Below are positions 28,566 through 39,049 of a DNA stretch of 64,000 nt, piece by piece. Positions within the stretch are counted from its first letter, which is position 1; each line of letters begins with the position of its first letter. The DNA is from a virus: IMG/VR virus record IMGVR_UViG_3300035001_000008, positions 32,001 through 96,000 of that record; one strand, written 5' to 3'. The position numbers and the translations under genes are program-made. The notes below the pieces were generated by a model that saw only the letters and a program-made list of their open reading frames with translations, was not told the DNA's origin and did no database searches.

Positions 28566-30073
28566 TAAATATTAGTCTCTGCTTCTGACAGAGCTTGTGC
28601 CGAAATGGTAGACTGTCGAGTAATCGTAATCTCAGCTAGAGCAGCTTGTGCGCCACCGTCGCCTTCGGCAAGAAAGACGACTACTTTATCAATCCCAGCA
28701 ACTAACCCAGCTTGAACGTTACCGTCATAATCAAACGAGAAGACGATGCGCTTGCTTCCTGTGGAGCCTGTTGCAGCCGATGACGTACCCACTACAGGGA
28801 CTCCTGATGCGTTGTTGACAATTACAGCTCCAGTCGTGTCAAAGTCAGCGGTAGATGCCCCATCCTTAAACATGCACTGATACCATGCGTTAGGATCATT
28901 TGCCCATGCATCAGATACAAATACTGTCACCTGTACGTTAAATGGATAGGTTTTTAAGTTTCCGGAGTTGTCAGTAAAGGCGACACTTTGTTGGTCAGCA
29001 GTGGGAACATTTTCAATAAACAACCCCTGCCTTGGTCTGAGTCGGCCTACGTCATCAATCGTATAAAGACGCGCTGCTCGCTTTGGCTTAAACCCATTGA
29101 GGTTAGTATCAATATCCGTATCTAGCTGCATCCAAGCATCCATACGCGCCCGAATCTGCGCTAATGTTGCTCCTGCCGAGTTACTGATTACGTCAGTGAA
29201 AAGACCGCTGGCTTGCACAAAACCTGTCTTGGTTTGAGGTGAAGCAAAACGAGTGAATAGAATACCCGTGTAGGGAGAGATAGCTGAGCCGCCGTACACT
29301 TGAGACAAAGTAAATGTACTTGTGGGGCTAAGGACTTCACCTAAGCCAAATCCAGCGGAGAACCCTTGAAGAGTCTCTACACCTGAACCACCAACACCCT
29401 TGGAAAATGCTACCCCTTGGGTATAACCAAAGGTGCGGACTTTGGAGAATAGTACCCTAGAAGTTGTGAAGTCAAAATTACCCGCACCTGAGTCTCCGTT
29501 AGCTGTGCTACCAAACACTTGGAAAGCTTCATCGAGGGGGCCGAGTCTGGAGGCATTAATAGGTGCGGCTGCTAATAGGTCAACCTCAGACTGTGAAGCG
29601 GATAGCTGGATATAGGGTTGACTGGTTGGCTGAATATCGTTAAGAGAACGAACACCAAAATAAATGCGATCAATAGCGCGAGTGGCCGAATATTCGATCC
29701 ACCCAGACTGTCTAATCTTGGTTCTATCTGTGCCTGCTAGCTTAATCCCATTCTCAAACACCCATGCCCCTGCAAACTGAAATACACCATCAGTACCGGG
29801 CAGAAACTTTCTAAGGCTTGTATTAGTGCGTCTAATGCGCCGCTCAAATGCGTAGAGAGCCTGAAGGGTAATACCGAAAGCGTTAGTTAGTGGATTGGCT
29901 TCTAGCCCACTACCTAGGTTAACTTGGGATAACTCTTCAGCGGTAATAATTTCAATACGATCATTTACTGTATCAATGAAAATATTTCCGTCGGGGGTGC
30001 CTGCTCTACCTTGAGTAGACTGTACTAATAGAGTGGTTTGATTAGTGCGTGTAATTAACTGCGGGGTTGCCAT
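28565..30073 (-). CDS. Putative virion structural protein
   Basis: 502 aa, beta-rich, G/T/S-rich, in the structural operon. Confidence 0.6.
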   Translation of the reverse strand: MATPQLITRTNQTTLLVQSTQGRAGTPDGNIFIDTVNDRIEIITAEELSQVNLGSGLEANPLTNAFGITLQALYAFERRIRRTNTSLRKFLPGTDGVFQFAGAWVFENGIKLAGTDRTKIRQSGWIEYSATRAIDRIYFGVRSLNDIQPTSQPYIQLSASQSEVDLLAAAPINASRLGPLDEAFQVFGSTANGDSGAGNFDFTTSRVLFSKVRTFGYTQGVAFSKGVGGSGVETLQGFSAGFGLGEVLSPTSTFTLSQVYGGSAISPYTGILFTRFASPQTKTGFVQASGLFTDVISNSAGATLAQIRARMDAWMQLDTDIDTNLNGFKPKRAARLYTIDDVGRLRPRQGLFIENVPTADQQSVAFTDNSGNLKTYPFNVQVTVFVSDAWANDPNAWYQCMFKDGASTADFDTTGAVIVNNASGVPVVGTSSAATGSTGSKRIVFSFDYDGNVQAGLVAGIDKVVVFLAEGDGGAQAALAEITITRQSTISAQALSEAETNI

Positions 30074-30074
30074 A

Positions 30075-31589
30075 TTAAATAAATACCTCTAATTCTAAGT
30101 TTGATGCTAGGTCTAACGTTTGCGAAGTTGCCGGTATACTGCCTGCGATATTAAATTCTCGATACAGAGCAGAATCGCCGGTATTTGGAACGAACTGAAA
30201 GATCACAGAATTTCCTGCTGTACCCACGTAACTAATATTGCTGCCTGTCGTAGGGTTAGTTACTTGTAAAGCTGTACCTAGATCTTGAGCATCTGATTCC
30301 TCATCATCCCAAATAGTAAAAATACCTCCAGCAGGTATACCTGAAAGTGTTAATGTCGGTGTCGGTGCAATAATGTTTACTGTCCCGGCTACTACGGTTA
30401 CATCAGATAGAGTAAAGTTGCCTGATGTTTGAATATTTAAGGTTTTACCGGAGGCATCAACTCTAACTTTTCGTGTCCCTGGAGTACCGAAGATAATACC
30501 CGTTACATCAAGTGTTGCACCTGAGGTAAAATTAGAGCCGCTACAATTAATAAAATGGGCGTTACTAGTGCCTGTGAGATTTAACCCATTAAACGTAGTG
30601 GTGCCGTTCCACTCAATGGCATAACTAGCTGTGTTGCTCCGTACAGCACCGCCAAAGCTCGTACCACCAGTGATAGAGCCTGTCCCGCTAGCTAACACTC
30701 CATTAAAAACAGCTAATCCTAGGCTAACCGTTGAGTGTCTAAGAATTAGAACGTCACTACTGTAAGTATTAATAAATATACTTACATCAGCAAATGTAAA
30801 TTCTTCGCTTGCAGTTCCTACAAATTGAACTCCTGAAAAAGTTTGAGATGCGGTAGAATCAATTCTGAATACCCTATTTGTTAAAGATATTCTAGGGGTG
30901 CTAGTTCCTGAGCTTATACTATAAGCGTTTGGTTGAAATGCTAAACAACCGTTTAGAAAACTACTAACCGTTGGGGCTAACGTTAGCGGTACAGGCATCC
31001 CAACATAGTTACCTGAAATTAATTCAGCACCATCGGATGAACCGTTCAACAACGATTGAATAAGAGTATAAGTACTTCCAGGTGTTAACGGATTACCAAC
31101 TTCACCAGCCCCAAAATTTATACCTGTGCTCTTAAGGTATGAGTAGGGACGGTAAAGTGATACTTCTCTACTGGTGGTAGTAGTTGAACTTGTTACATAA
31201 AATCTAATTTTATTAACAGCAGTAATGTCAAAAGTTCCAGTATCCGCGAAGTTAGATCCTTGAGCTTCTAAATAAAACTCGGTGATGTTATTAGGGCCAC
31301 AAAGTATGTTCCATCTTCTTTCACCATTAGTAGAAAGAAAAGCGAAAGAAGCAGCAGTTAAACTAAATGTATGACGGAAACCAAAAAATATCCCGCGCCC
31401 AGTTAAATCAAAGGTTCCATCGGCTGTGAACTCTACCCACATCTCAACGTTAGCTGTCGGGTTGAGAGAACTAACAGCTACAGATGTTGTGCCAGTCGAA
31501 ATTGAAATCGTAGCATCAGACGACACAATCCCGGTATTAGACGTTGTTGATCTTAGTAGTGTTGCGCCAGTAATACTTGGAACTGCCAT
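30075..31589 (-). CDS. Putative tail protein with a beta-helix-like region
   Basis: T/S/G/N-rich repetitive beta pattern. Confidence 0.55.
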   Translation of the reverse strand: MAVPSITGATLLRSTTSNTGIVSSDATISISTGTTSVAVSSLNPTANVEMWVEFTADGTFDLTGRGIFFGFRHTFSLTAASFAFLSTNGERRWNILCGPNNITEFYLEAQGSNFADTGTFDITAVNKIRFYVTSSTTTTSREVSLYRPYSYLKSTGINFGAGEVGNPLTPGSTYTLIQSLLNGSSDGAELISGNYVGMPVPLTLAPTVSSFLNGCLAFQPNAYSISSGTSTPRISLTNRVFRIDSTASQTFSGVQFVGTASEEFTFADVSIFINTYSSDVLILRHSTVSLGLAVFNGVLASGTGSITGGTSFGGAVRSNTASYAIEWNGTTTFNGLNLTGTSNAHFINCSGSNFTSGATLDVTGIIFGTPGTRKVRVDASGKTLNIQTSGNFTLSDVTVVAGTVNIIAPTPTLTLSGIPAGGIFTIWDDEESDAQDLGTALQVTNPTTGSNISYVGTAGNSVIFQFVPNTGDSALYREFNIAGSIPATSQTLDLASNLELEVFI

Positions 31590-31656
31590 TTATTAAATAC
31601 CTATAAGCGCTTATGCTGTTTAATATTAAAAACTTGAATATACTTTAATTGTAGCT

Positions 31657-32295
31657 TTAATCAATTTTTAGAACTCCGGTACTAGGTATTTGAAATTCTA
31701 ACGTATCCCCTAAAGACGTTTTAGTTGTATATGCACCGGGTGCAGAAATTTGAAGTGTGAATGTACCTGAAGTGGTAGTGTTTTTTGTTAATACTAATTG
31801 ATTGGATGAAGGGATAGATAGAATTTTTGAATCTGGTGAAATGCCTGTACCTATAACAGCCATACCATTTGTAAATTCACTAAAGCTATTTATTGTTGTA
31901 ACAATGGGAGATCCACTAGTCACGGTGCAACTTGATATAGGTGTTGCTTGCACGTAAGGGTGAAACGCTACAAATTCATCACTATTTGAGGGTGATGCCC
32001 CTAATTGAGAACAAATAACCATACCTGCAATATTGACAGGCGTAGCCGTTGTAAGGTCAGGCCATGTTACAGATGTACCTGCACCAAGGGATACTCTAGC
32101 CCCTGTACCATCAGCAGCGGCAGACCCTAGCGTTACAGGCTTGAGAGTGTAATTACCACCTGTAGGTAACGCTAGCCCTGTAACAGTAGTTACACTTCTC
32201 AAAGGTGCAACGGTTACTAAATGGGCATAGAATGTTTTACCTGTTAGATAGTTGGTTAAAGCCCGTAGGGTGAATAGCGAGGATGGATAAGACAT
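31657..32295 (-). CDS. Putative tail-fibre-associated protein
   Basis: FYAHLVT..P...GGNY..K.VTL pattern with an inserted beta domain. Confidence 0.5.
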   Translation of the reverse strand: MSYPSSLFTLRALTNYLTGKTFYAHLVTVAPLRSVTTVTGLALPTGGNYTLKPVTLGSAAADGTGARVSLGAGTSVTWPDLTTATPVNIAGMVICSQLGASPSNSDEFVAFHPYVQATPISSCTVTSGSPIVTTINSFSEFTNGMAVIGTGISPDSKILSIPSSNQLVLTKNTTTSGTFTLQISAPGAYTTKTSLGDTLEFQIPSTGVLKID

Positions 32296-35200
32296 TTAAT
32301 TAGATCTTCCTAGAGCAATTAATAATTGATAGACAATTGAGTTAAACGTAAGCATTTCATCGTTTGTATATGCCTCAGTTATTGCTGAAAAACCTATGTT
32401 TCTATTGGTATGCCCTTCAGCAGTAGAACCCCGCTTAAATCCTGACAACAAATACATACCATTTTCAATAGCCCCTGTAGCCGCTGTCCCTAATGTTCCA
32501 GCCGGTGAGCCGTTAACGTAGTATTGTGCCTGTCTAGAGGCTCCTGCCATGACACTAAGCAAACCTACAGACGACGTTGGGCCTACTGCCCCAGCCGTAG
32601 ATGATCCGCCGATCCGGCCTGTCTCTCTAGTGCCGTTGTAGGCAATGCCTGTATATTGAGTAGCCACACTATCCCAATAGCCCATTAGCCATCGAGTACC
32701 GGCTAAAGATTCAGTCTGTGATGTCCATGCGTGTAGTGCTGCGTTTGTAGGTGTAACCCTAGAGCTTGGGTTTATTCCTGTATTAATTGAACGTGAGCCG
32801 TTGCCTTGCATACCGCCCACTTTTGTATAACCCGCCGTATCAGATTGGGTCATTACACCAACACTTTCTGTTAAATCAGTAGGGCTACGCAAGATTCTAC
32901 GCATAGCGTGAGCTTGATTCTCACCCATTAATGGCATTAACGCCCAAACTCTAGACCAAAGACCATTAGACTTCATAGTTGAAACAAAATTATCTAATGC
33001 AAGCATGTCAGCACTTAATGGGGCTGTGCCAGTACTTGCTAGAGATGCTGAAAAATCAGCCGTGATTTGATTTGAATAAATTGAAGGCGTGATAATTAAT
33101 GTAGGTGGCTGCATATCCAAAGAACTGGCTAATGCAGCATAAGGCGGTTTAATTTGGACTGCAATACGTTGAATACTTCTGATAAACGTTTCAGTTCTAG
33201 AATAAAACTGAATCATCTCAGAAGATGTCAGCCCTTTAGTTACTGCCCCCCATTGCAGATTACGGTTTGTTGAATAGTTAGGAGTTAAAACAGATTGCCC
33301 TGACCTAAAAGTAGCTAATAGCCAAATACCTGAAGCCAAAGAAGATGTAAGCGTTGCTGAGCTAGCAGTACCTACCGGTAAACCGTTATGGTAAAACTGA
33401 GAATTGCGAGTACCGCTATTTACCACAGATAACATGCCCGTTAATGTGGTATTGGCTCTGGCTGTATTATTTGCAGTAAACGCATTGCCGCCTAAACTAC
33501 CTGCGTCAGTTGTGGATGTGTTTAACCTGCCAATAACAGTATGTTGGTCAGAAGATGAGTTCATGCCGCCCATCAGCGTTCTAACGCCTGAAGCCGTTTC
33601 GATTTGCGATGTCCATACATGAAGCCCTACATCGTTAGCAGCTTGCGACGATAGACTTAACCGTGCGGCTAGCGCTCTTAATTCAGACGCTACACCTTGC
33701 ACACCGTTTTTACGTGAGTATCCTGACTCCGGTATGTTGTAGTTACTCATCTCTGAGAGTATTGCAAACGTACCTGGTCTATAGTCTAAAGCTTTCATTG
33801 CGGTTTCAAGATTACCGCCGATCAAAGGGAATAATTGAAATACTTTAGACCTTATACCATCAGTTTCTAAAGCTTTTAAGTAAGTATCTAAAGCTTGATA
33901 ATCTTCCTCAACTACAACACCCTTTGAGGCACTGTTAATATATTTAAGGTCTTCTACTAATGGGTCTGTTGTTGGTTCTGTACCTACATAGGGATAAGCC
34001 GATAACGCAGAACACCTAACGCCTAAACCCCTTGAGTTGAAATAGCTTCTAGGTAAAATTCTTTTAGTGTCTGTGCGTGTTTCAGATAAAACGTTTGTGT
34101 AAAGGCGAGTTGTACTAGACCCTGCTAATGAAAATACAGCAGAGAAATCACTATCAACTATAATAAATCCGGCTTCAATATTACGTGCAGCAACTTCAGT
34201 AGTTGTAAAATCTTCAATTGGATACAGAAACGTACCTAGCATTTCTGTTTTACCACCGTTTATTGTTCTAACGGCTTCCCATCCACCTTCGGTTTTGAAC
34301 CCTAAACTCCACAATTCTCCGCCATCGTTGAGAATCATGTTGGTATACTCAATATTCAATGACCGAGCAAAATACTTACCACCAGGTTTTACTTGGAGCG
34401 GGTAAACTGCCGATTCAAAACTTGCTGGGCTACAAAGAACGTCATCAATAAAGATTGGCCCTGCAATAGCTGTATTTGTAATCGCAATATAAGATCCTAG
34501 TCGGCAGTTTTTAATTACCAAAGGTCTAGGTGAATCATGCAGAATACTAATCTGAGTAAAGTTAGTTGCTGCACTAGCTCTAGCAGATAAATCTAAAGCG
34601 TCTAGCGTTAAAGGGTCGGTAGTGTCGCCTGTTGTTCTGATTATGGGTTTTGAGTTAGCTGACCAAAGCGTTCCTTTAGTTGTTAGAGTTACCTGATTTC
34701 CTACAATGCGTTTAACTGAAGGTGGAATAACCCAAGTGTCGCTAGTTGCATAGCTAGCCCGCTGAAAATATAGAATAGGTCTGCCTGATGCAGCGGCAGC
34801 ATTAAGTCCCGTGATACTGTCTAAAGGGTCTGTTAAAAATACTGACGTAGGCTGAGCACCATAAGTTACTACGTTGGCCCAATCATCTAAATTAGTACTG
34901 TTAAATACGGGTGGTGAACTTTGAATAGGAAGTTTTAAGCTTCCTGGTGGTGAATTAAACGCTCTATAAACTGAACTACTATACTCATCAATAGTCCCTG
35001 GAATAGTGCGGCCATTGCCAAGGTCTACAGTCGAACCATACCCACTAGATGTTACATTTCTCAGATATAAACTAACGCTTACCCCAACAATGGCAGAAGT
35101 ACTAGCAGAACCTCCGTTAAGGGTGCCACCAATTAAAATAATACTTCCTGTGTTTGTGCCGCCACTGACCGTTAAAGCAGGCGCTAAAATAGCAGGCACT

Positions 35201-36486
35201 TGATTGGTAGATACTAGGTTTTCAATTGAAACCATATTATCTTCAAGATAAAAACCCGCCACAGTTTGATTAGTGAGGATTAGGTTTACATAGGTTAGAG
35301 AATAAAAAGCTTGTCTTATCCTAAAACCGTATTGAAAACCATTAATCGTAATATCTTTATTTAGGTGCGGCCCATCAGATCTATTACCATGAATGCCTAC
35401 ATATCCGTTACCCGTCACGGTAACTCTCTCAATGCAACCCCAGTTATGCGAAGTAAAGTCTAAGGCTACTGCACCGGGGTTATTTCCGGTATCAATCACC
35501 ATATCCATGCAGCGCATACCGAAGGCAGTATTACCACTACCCGTTGGGTTAACGGTTGTGCTTTGATTCTCAGAACCTCCAAGAATCATAAATGCTTTAG
35601 GATTTCCAGGATCATTAAACCCGATAGCATTATCAACTAATTTAAGAGTAGTTGTTTCCCTTGAATCTCCTTGAACTGTCCATCTAGCAAACCAATTATT
35701 ATTTGATGGATTTACAGTACGGATAGTATCGTTAAAGTACCAAGTCCCTGCCGGGAAGATAATAGAACGGTTAGACCCTGGCTGAGTTTGGCACAATAAA
35801 TTCCATACATCAGAGTTAGTCTGAGCAGATGCAGGGTCATTAGGGACACCACCATTAGTTTGAAAGTTAATTAACCCGCTATCTGAAGGTCTACCGGATA
35901 GAAATGTAATTGCAGGCGGTTCAGGCGGGGTAGGTTCAACAATAGTAACTTCAATAGCACCCGCAATGTCAGCCCAAGCACTAATATTTAAGTCAGTTCT
36001 AGCCCTGATTCGTGCTTTATAAAAACCTTCAGTACTTACCGTTGATGTATACGTTAAAAGGTTTGAAGCTAACTTTATAGGATTGCCTGTATAGTTATCA
36101 GCGTTAGGCGCTATTTGTAATTCGTAATACCTTACAATCGTGCTACTAGGCGCTTGCCAAGTTAGTTTTAATTGTAAATTACCTAAATTAGTTCCTTCTA
36201 ATAGAAAAGGTTGATTGACCGTATTACCAAAGCTAATTGAAGATGCACTAGGTACATCAATCGCTACTGTCCCTGTTTGCAACCTATAGCAACGATTAGT
36301 TTCAAGTGTTAAAAGGCTATTTAATGTTGCTGAACGTCCTGCTTTCCAAGATAGCCAAAGTGATTGATCAACCGTATCTACAGCATGGATTATTGCACCT
36401 CCAACATTAAACACACTACCCGTTAGATTTGTTTGGGCACCTGTCCATGCAAAGAATACTGTTTTGTTAGGAGCTACAATTGGCAT
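32296..36486 (-). CDS. Tailspike / receptor-binding protein: FN3 domain, pectate-lyase-3-like beta-helix and two C-terminal repeats
   Basis: FN3 (LTWQAP...YELQ...YKARIRA), beta-helix starts (IIFPAGTWY; NVVTYGA...ILYF...SY) and a duplicated C-terminal domain of about 240 aa. Confidence 0.8.
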   Translation of the reverse strand: MPIVAPNKTVFFAWTGAQTNLTGSVFNVGGAIIHAVDTVDQSLWLSWKAGRSATLNSLLTLETNRCYRLQTGTVAIDVPSASSISFGNTVNQPFLLEGTNLGNLQLKLTWQAPSSTIVRYYELQIAPNADNYTGNPIKLASNLLTYTSTVSTEGFYKARIRARTDLNISAWADIAGAIEVTIVEPTPPEPPAITFLSGRPSDSGLINFQTNGGVPNDPASAQTNSDVWNLLCQTQPGSNRSIIFPAGTWYFNDTIRTVNPSNNNWFARWTVQGDSRETTTLKLVDNAIGFNDPGNPKAFMILGGSENQSTTVNPTGSGNTAFGMRCMDMVIDTGNNPGAVALDFTSHNWGCIERVTVTGNGYVGIHGNRSDGPHLNKDITINGFQYGFRIRQAFYSLTYVNLILTNQTVAGFYLEDNMVSIENLVSTNQVPAILAPALTVSGGTNTGSIILIGGTLNGGSASTSAIVGVSVSLYLRNVTSSGYGSTVDLGNGRTIPGTIDEYSSSVYRAFNSPPGSLKLPIQSSPPVFNSTNLDDWANVVTYGAQPTSVFLTDPLDSITGLNAAAASGRPILYFQRASYATSDTWVIPPSVKRIVGNQVTLTTKGTLWSANSKPIIRTTGDTTDPLTLDALDLSARASAATNFTQISILHDSPRPLVIKNCRLGSYIAITNTAIAGPIFIDDVLCSPASFESAVYPLQVKPGGKYFARSLNIEYTNMILNDGGELWSLGFKTEGGWEAVRTINGGKTEMLGTFLYPIEDFTTTEVAARNIEAGFIIVDSDFSAVFSLAGSSTTRLYTNVLSETRTDTKRILPRSYFNSRGLGVRCSALSAYPYVGTEPTTDPLVEDLKYINSASKGVVVEEDYQALDTYLKALETDGIRSKVFQLFPLIGGNLETAMKALDYRPGTFAILSEMSNYNIPESGYSRKNGVQGVASELRALAARLSLSSQAANDVGLHVWTSQIETASGVRTLMGGMNSSSDQHTVIGRLNTSTTDAGSLGGNAFTANNTARANTTLTGMLSVVNSGTRNSQFYHNGLPVGTASSATLTSSLASGIWLLATFRSGQSVLTPNYSTNRNLQWGAVTKGLTSSEMIQFYSRTETFIRSIQRIAVQIKPPYAALASSLDMQPPTLIITPSIYSNQITADFSASLASTGTAPLSADMLALDNFVSTMKSNGLWSRVWALMPLMGENQAHAMRRILRSPTDLTESVGVMTQSDTAGYTKVGGMQGNGSRSINTGINPSSRVTPTNAALHAWTSQTESLAGTRWLMGYWDSVATQYTGIAYNGTRETGRIGGSSTAGAVGPTSSVGLLSVMAGASRQAQYYVNGSPAGTLGTAATGAIENGMYLLSGFKRGSTAEGHTNRNIGFSAITEAYTNDEMLTFNSIVYQLLIALGRSN

Positions 36487-36821
36487 TAGCTTAAGTTAAT
36501 AGGTGCGTTTGAAAATTGTCCTGAATATGTTTGTCCGGTTATATCGTGGTAATAAGAAAAAGCCCTTAATGGATTTAAGTAATCAGAAGGGAATGCTATT
36601 ACCGCGACAACTGAACCACTTAAAAATAATTCCTGTTCAATTCCACTACCAACATGACTAACAATAGATGCAAAAGATATTGTTGAATTTATAGGTGCTG
36701 AAAGGGATACACCATTAAGCCCCGTTTGCCCTGCCAACACCACAGCAGGCGTAGCCCCTACAGGTATTGCAGACCCTCCACCTGATAGCCCTAACGGGTT
36801 AAAGATAGGCATTACAGACAA
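36486..36821 (-). CDS. Hypothetical structural-region protein
   Basis: Coupled to the tailspike gene. Confidence 0.5.
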   Translation of the reverse strand: MSVMPIFNPLGLSGGGSAIPVGATPAVVLAGQTGLNGVSLSAPINSTISFASIVSHVGSGIEQELFLSGSVVAVIAFPSDYLNPLRAFSYYHDITGQTYSGQFSNAPINLS

Positions 36822-37432
36822 GACTCCAACGCTAGGTTAGTAGTACCTGATGCGGTGATTGCTGTAATTACTCCCGTATAAAGGTTGCTAGCATTAATTT
36901 CATAAAAGCCGCCTTCAGCTTTTAATAAAATGCCTTGCCCTGCGATAGCCGGAGTACCCCGTCTAATAAACACATCAGCACTTCCATTATTAACAATTAC
37001 TACTGATGTTCGATTACCATTAGATGCAAGTATCGACGTAGAAGTAGTATCTACCTCTACAGTAGCCGCTGTGCATACCCCTACACTAAACCTTGTTTCT
37101 ACAGGTATTCGACTATTAATTAACGTAGGTAATTTAGCATCGATTAATTGAGTTAATTTAACTAACCATCTTAGTAAAAATGAACGTGAATATCTTGCAC
37201 TAGCAGCCCCGCCAGTATGTGCTGTAGGGTCAACTGACCTTACTTCTGCTGTAGTGTCAATTGTCGCTAAATTACCATCAATCTCTACTAAAGTTTGACT
37301 TAACCCCGCTTGTTCATCAATTACAACATTGCCGCCTGCTGTATTCAAAGACAAATCATCGCGACCATTACCCAATAGATCGTTTTCGTTCTTTCTGTAT
37401 ACGTCGGAACTTGAGTTTAATCTAGTGGGCAT
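36812..37432 (-). CDS. Putative structural protein with a C-terminal jelly-roll-like domain
   Basis: R.SVVIVNNGSADVFI..G......G..L..GG pattern. Confidence 0.5.
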   Translation of the reverse strand: MPTRLNSSSDVYRKNENDLLGNGRDDLSLNTAGGNVVIDEQAGLSQTLVEIDGNLATIDTTAEVRSVDPTAHTGGAASARYSRSFLLRWLVKLTQLIDAKLPTLINSRIPVETRFSVGVCTAATVEVDTTSTSILASNGNRTSVVIVNNGSADVFIRRGTPAIAGQGILLKAEGGFYEINASNLYTGVITAITASGTTNLALESCL

Positions 37433-37462
37433 GGTTAAAATTAAATATAGGTATATTGTAAC

Positions 37463-39049
37463 TTATACGGAAGATAGCCATCCTAGGGCGTTTACTTGAT
37501 CGAATTGCGATAGGTAAGTATGGCAACCGGATACAGCGTCACAAACATCAGAACCATCCTTTTTGGTTCCATCAAACGCATGTAAAAAAGCTAAAAACTG
37601 CGGTGTAAAATCAGCATTTAATACCTTAACTCTACCATTTGAAATAAATTCGCCGCTATCAGGGTCAGTAATAGGTTTGCAAGTTGCCGCAAAAGGCTTC
37701 ATTCTTGTTAGTTTATCGCCCATTGGTCTAATACCTTCTGCGTCTACACCAGATAGCCTACTTTTTAAGTTGGCCTCAACTTTCAAACCGCTACTACCCC
37801 CCTCCAATTCCCAACGTAAGGCGTAAGCTCTTCCTCTATTAAATTTACTGTCTTGATATCCTTGATTAACAATTAAATTATCCCCATCTGTAGGCGATAA
37901 TTGATCCCAAGTTGCATCAGCTATTAAATAATAGAACTCATTTGAATCATAGGGCATGATTAAATACATGAATACTGAAGCGGTATAACATGCAGAATCA
38001 TTTACTTCTTTGGCAGTAGCCGCCATGTCAAAAAATCTACAGCAATAGATCTGCCTAACACGGTTAAAGTCTGGTAATTCCTCAACTATCTCTATCCAAG
38101 TTTTATTAATAACAACGCCGGAAGCGTAGTTTACAAGCCAGTTGCCTCCGAGCAATCTTGCGGATTCGATTGCATCTTGTGCCATCAAATTAGCTTTATA
38201 ACATGGATCTTTTTCTAATAGAATTTTGTTGTCTGATAATTTAGAAGGGATAAAAGTAAATGACTTAGGCAGCATCTCAGGGTAAGCATGTAAAGCATCT
38301 TCTTTTGAATCAAACCATTTAATTTCATCGCTTATTCTCACAAACCAGCGGATAACTCCGCCCCTCTCATTGATAGGTAATCCTGTCTCAGGGTCAATCC
38401 ACCAGCCCAACAAGCCGCTACCCCAACCATTCTTACCAGTAATCAGCCAACTGTCTGCATCGGGGTTACAAGTGCCTCTGATGCAGGGTTTAATTCCTGA
38501 TGTTGAACGATTACGAGACATCAGATAGAAAAATTGACTTTCGGTGAAGTGTGCGATTTCATCCATGCCAATTCTAGTTATCTGAGCACCTTGCCAAGAA
38601 AACTTATCCTTCTCATGCTGTAGATGCCTAAAATCTATTCGAGAGCCTGAAGGGAATCGCCACTCCTGCCCATTTTGTTTTCCTACTCCACCTACTAATG
38701 GAAAAATCTTTTCCGCCTCATTTGCGAGGCCGCCGGGAGCGGTGATCTGCGGTGATGTGCGCCGGAAGATGACAGCAGAATATTCAGGATTTTCTACATA
38801 CTCTTCTTTTGCAAAGTCAAGCAATAATCCCCAGGTTTTTGCGCCGCCTGCTGCGCCCCCGAATATTATAATATCAGCATCACAATTAACAAATGTTGTT
38901 TGAGGGCCAGGTTGTGTAGCAGGCAATCCTTTAACGTTTTCGTCAATTTCAGATGCTTTCTTAGCTTTATTCCTAGATGAAACGACTAAGGGCAATTCTG
39001 AGATTGCCCTATCTAATGCATAAGATTTTACTTTCTTTTTAACAGGCAT
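37463..39049 (-). CDS. terL: Terminase large subunit
   Basis: Walker A FGGAAGGAKT, IFRRT, Walker B MDEIAHF, TCNP, nuclease DMAAT...D.CDA.SG. Confidence 0.96.
   Translation of the reverse strand: MPVKKKVKSYALDRAISELPLVVSSRNKAKKASEIDENVKGLPATQPGPQTTFVNCDADIIIFGGAAGGAKTWGLLLDFAKEEYVENPEYSAVIFRRTSPQITAPGGLANEAEKIFPLVGGVGKQNGQEWRFPSGSRIDFRHLQHEKDKFSWQGAQITRIGMDEIAHFTESQFFYLMSRNRSTSGIKPCIRGTCNPDADSWLITGKNGWGSGLLGWWIDPETGLPINERGGVIRWFVRISDEIKWFDSKEDALHAYPEMLPKSFTFIPSKLSDNKILLEKDPCYKANLMAQDAIESARLLGGNWLVNYASGVVINKTWIEIVEELPDFNRVRQIYCCRFFDMAATAKEVNDSACYTASVFMYLIMPYDSNEFYYLIADATWDQLSPTDGDNLIVNQGYQDSKFNRGRAYALRWELEGGSSGLKVEANLKSRLSGVDAEGIRPMGDKLTRMKPFAATCKPITDPDSGEFISNGRVKVLNADFTPQFLAFLHAFDGTKKDGSDVCDAVSGCHTYLSQFDQVNALGWLSSV

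Noticed and set aside
32296-34000. Diversity-generating retroelement TR/VR in the tailspike repeats
   Set aside because: The repeats are similar only at protein level with no adenine-specific mismatches, and no reverse transcriptase is in the window.
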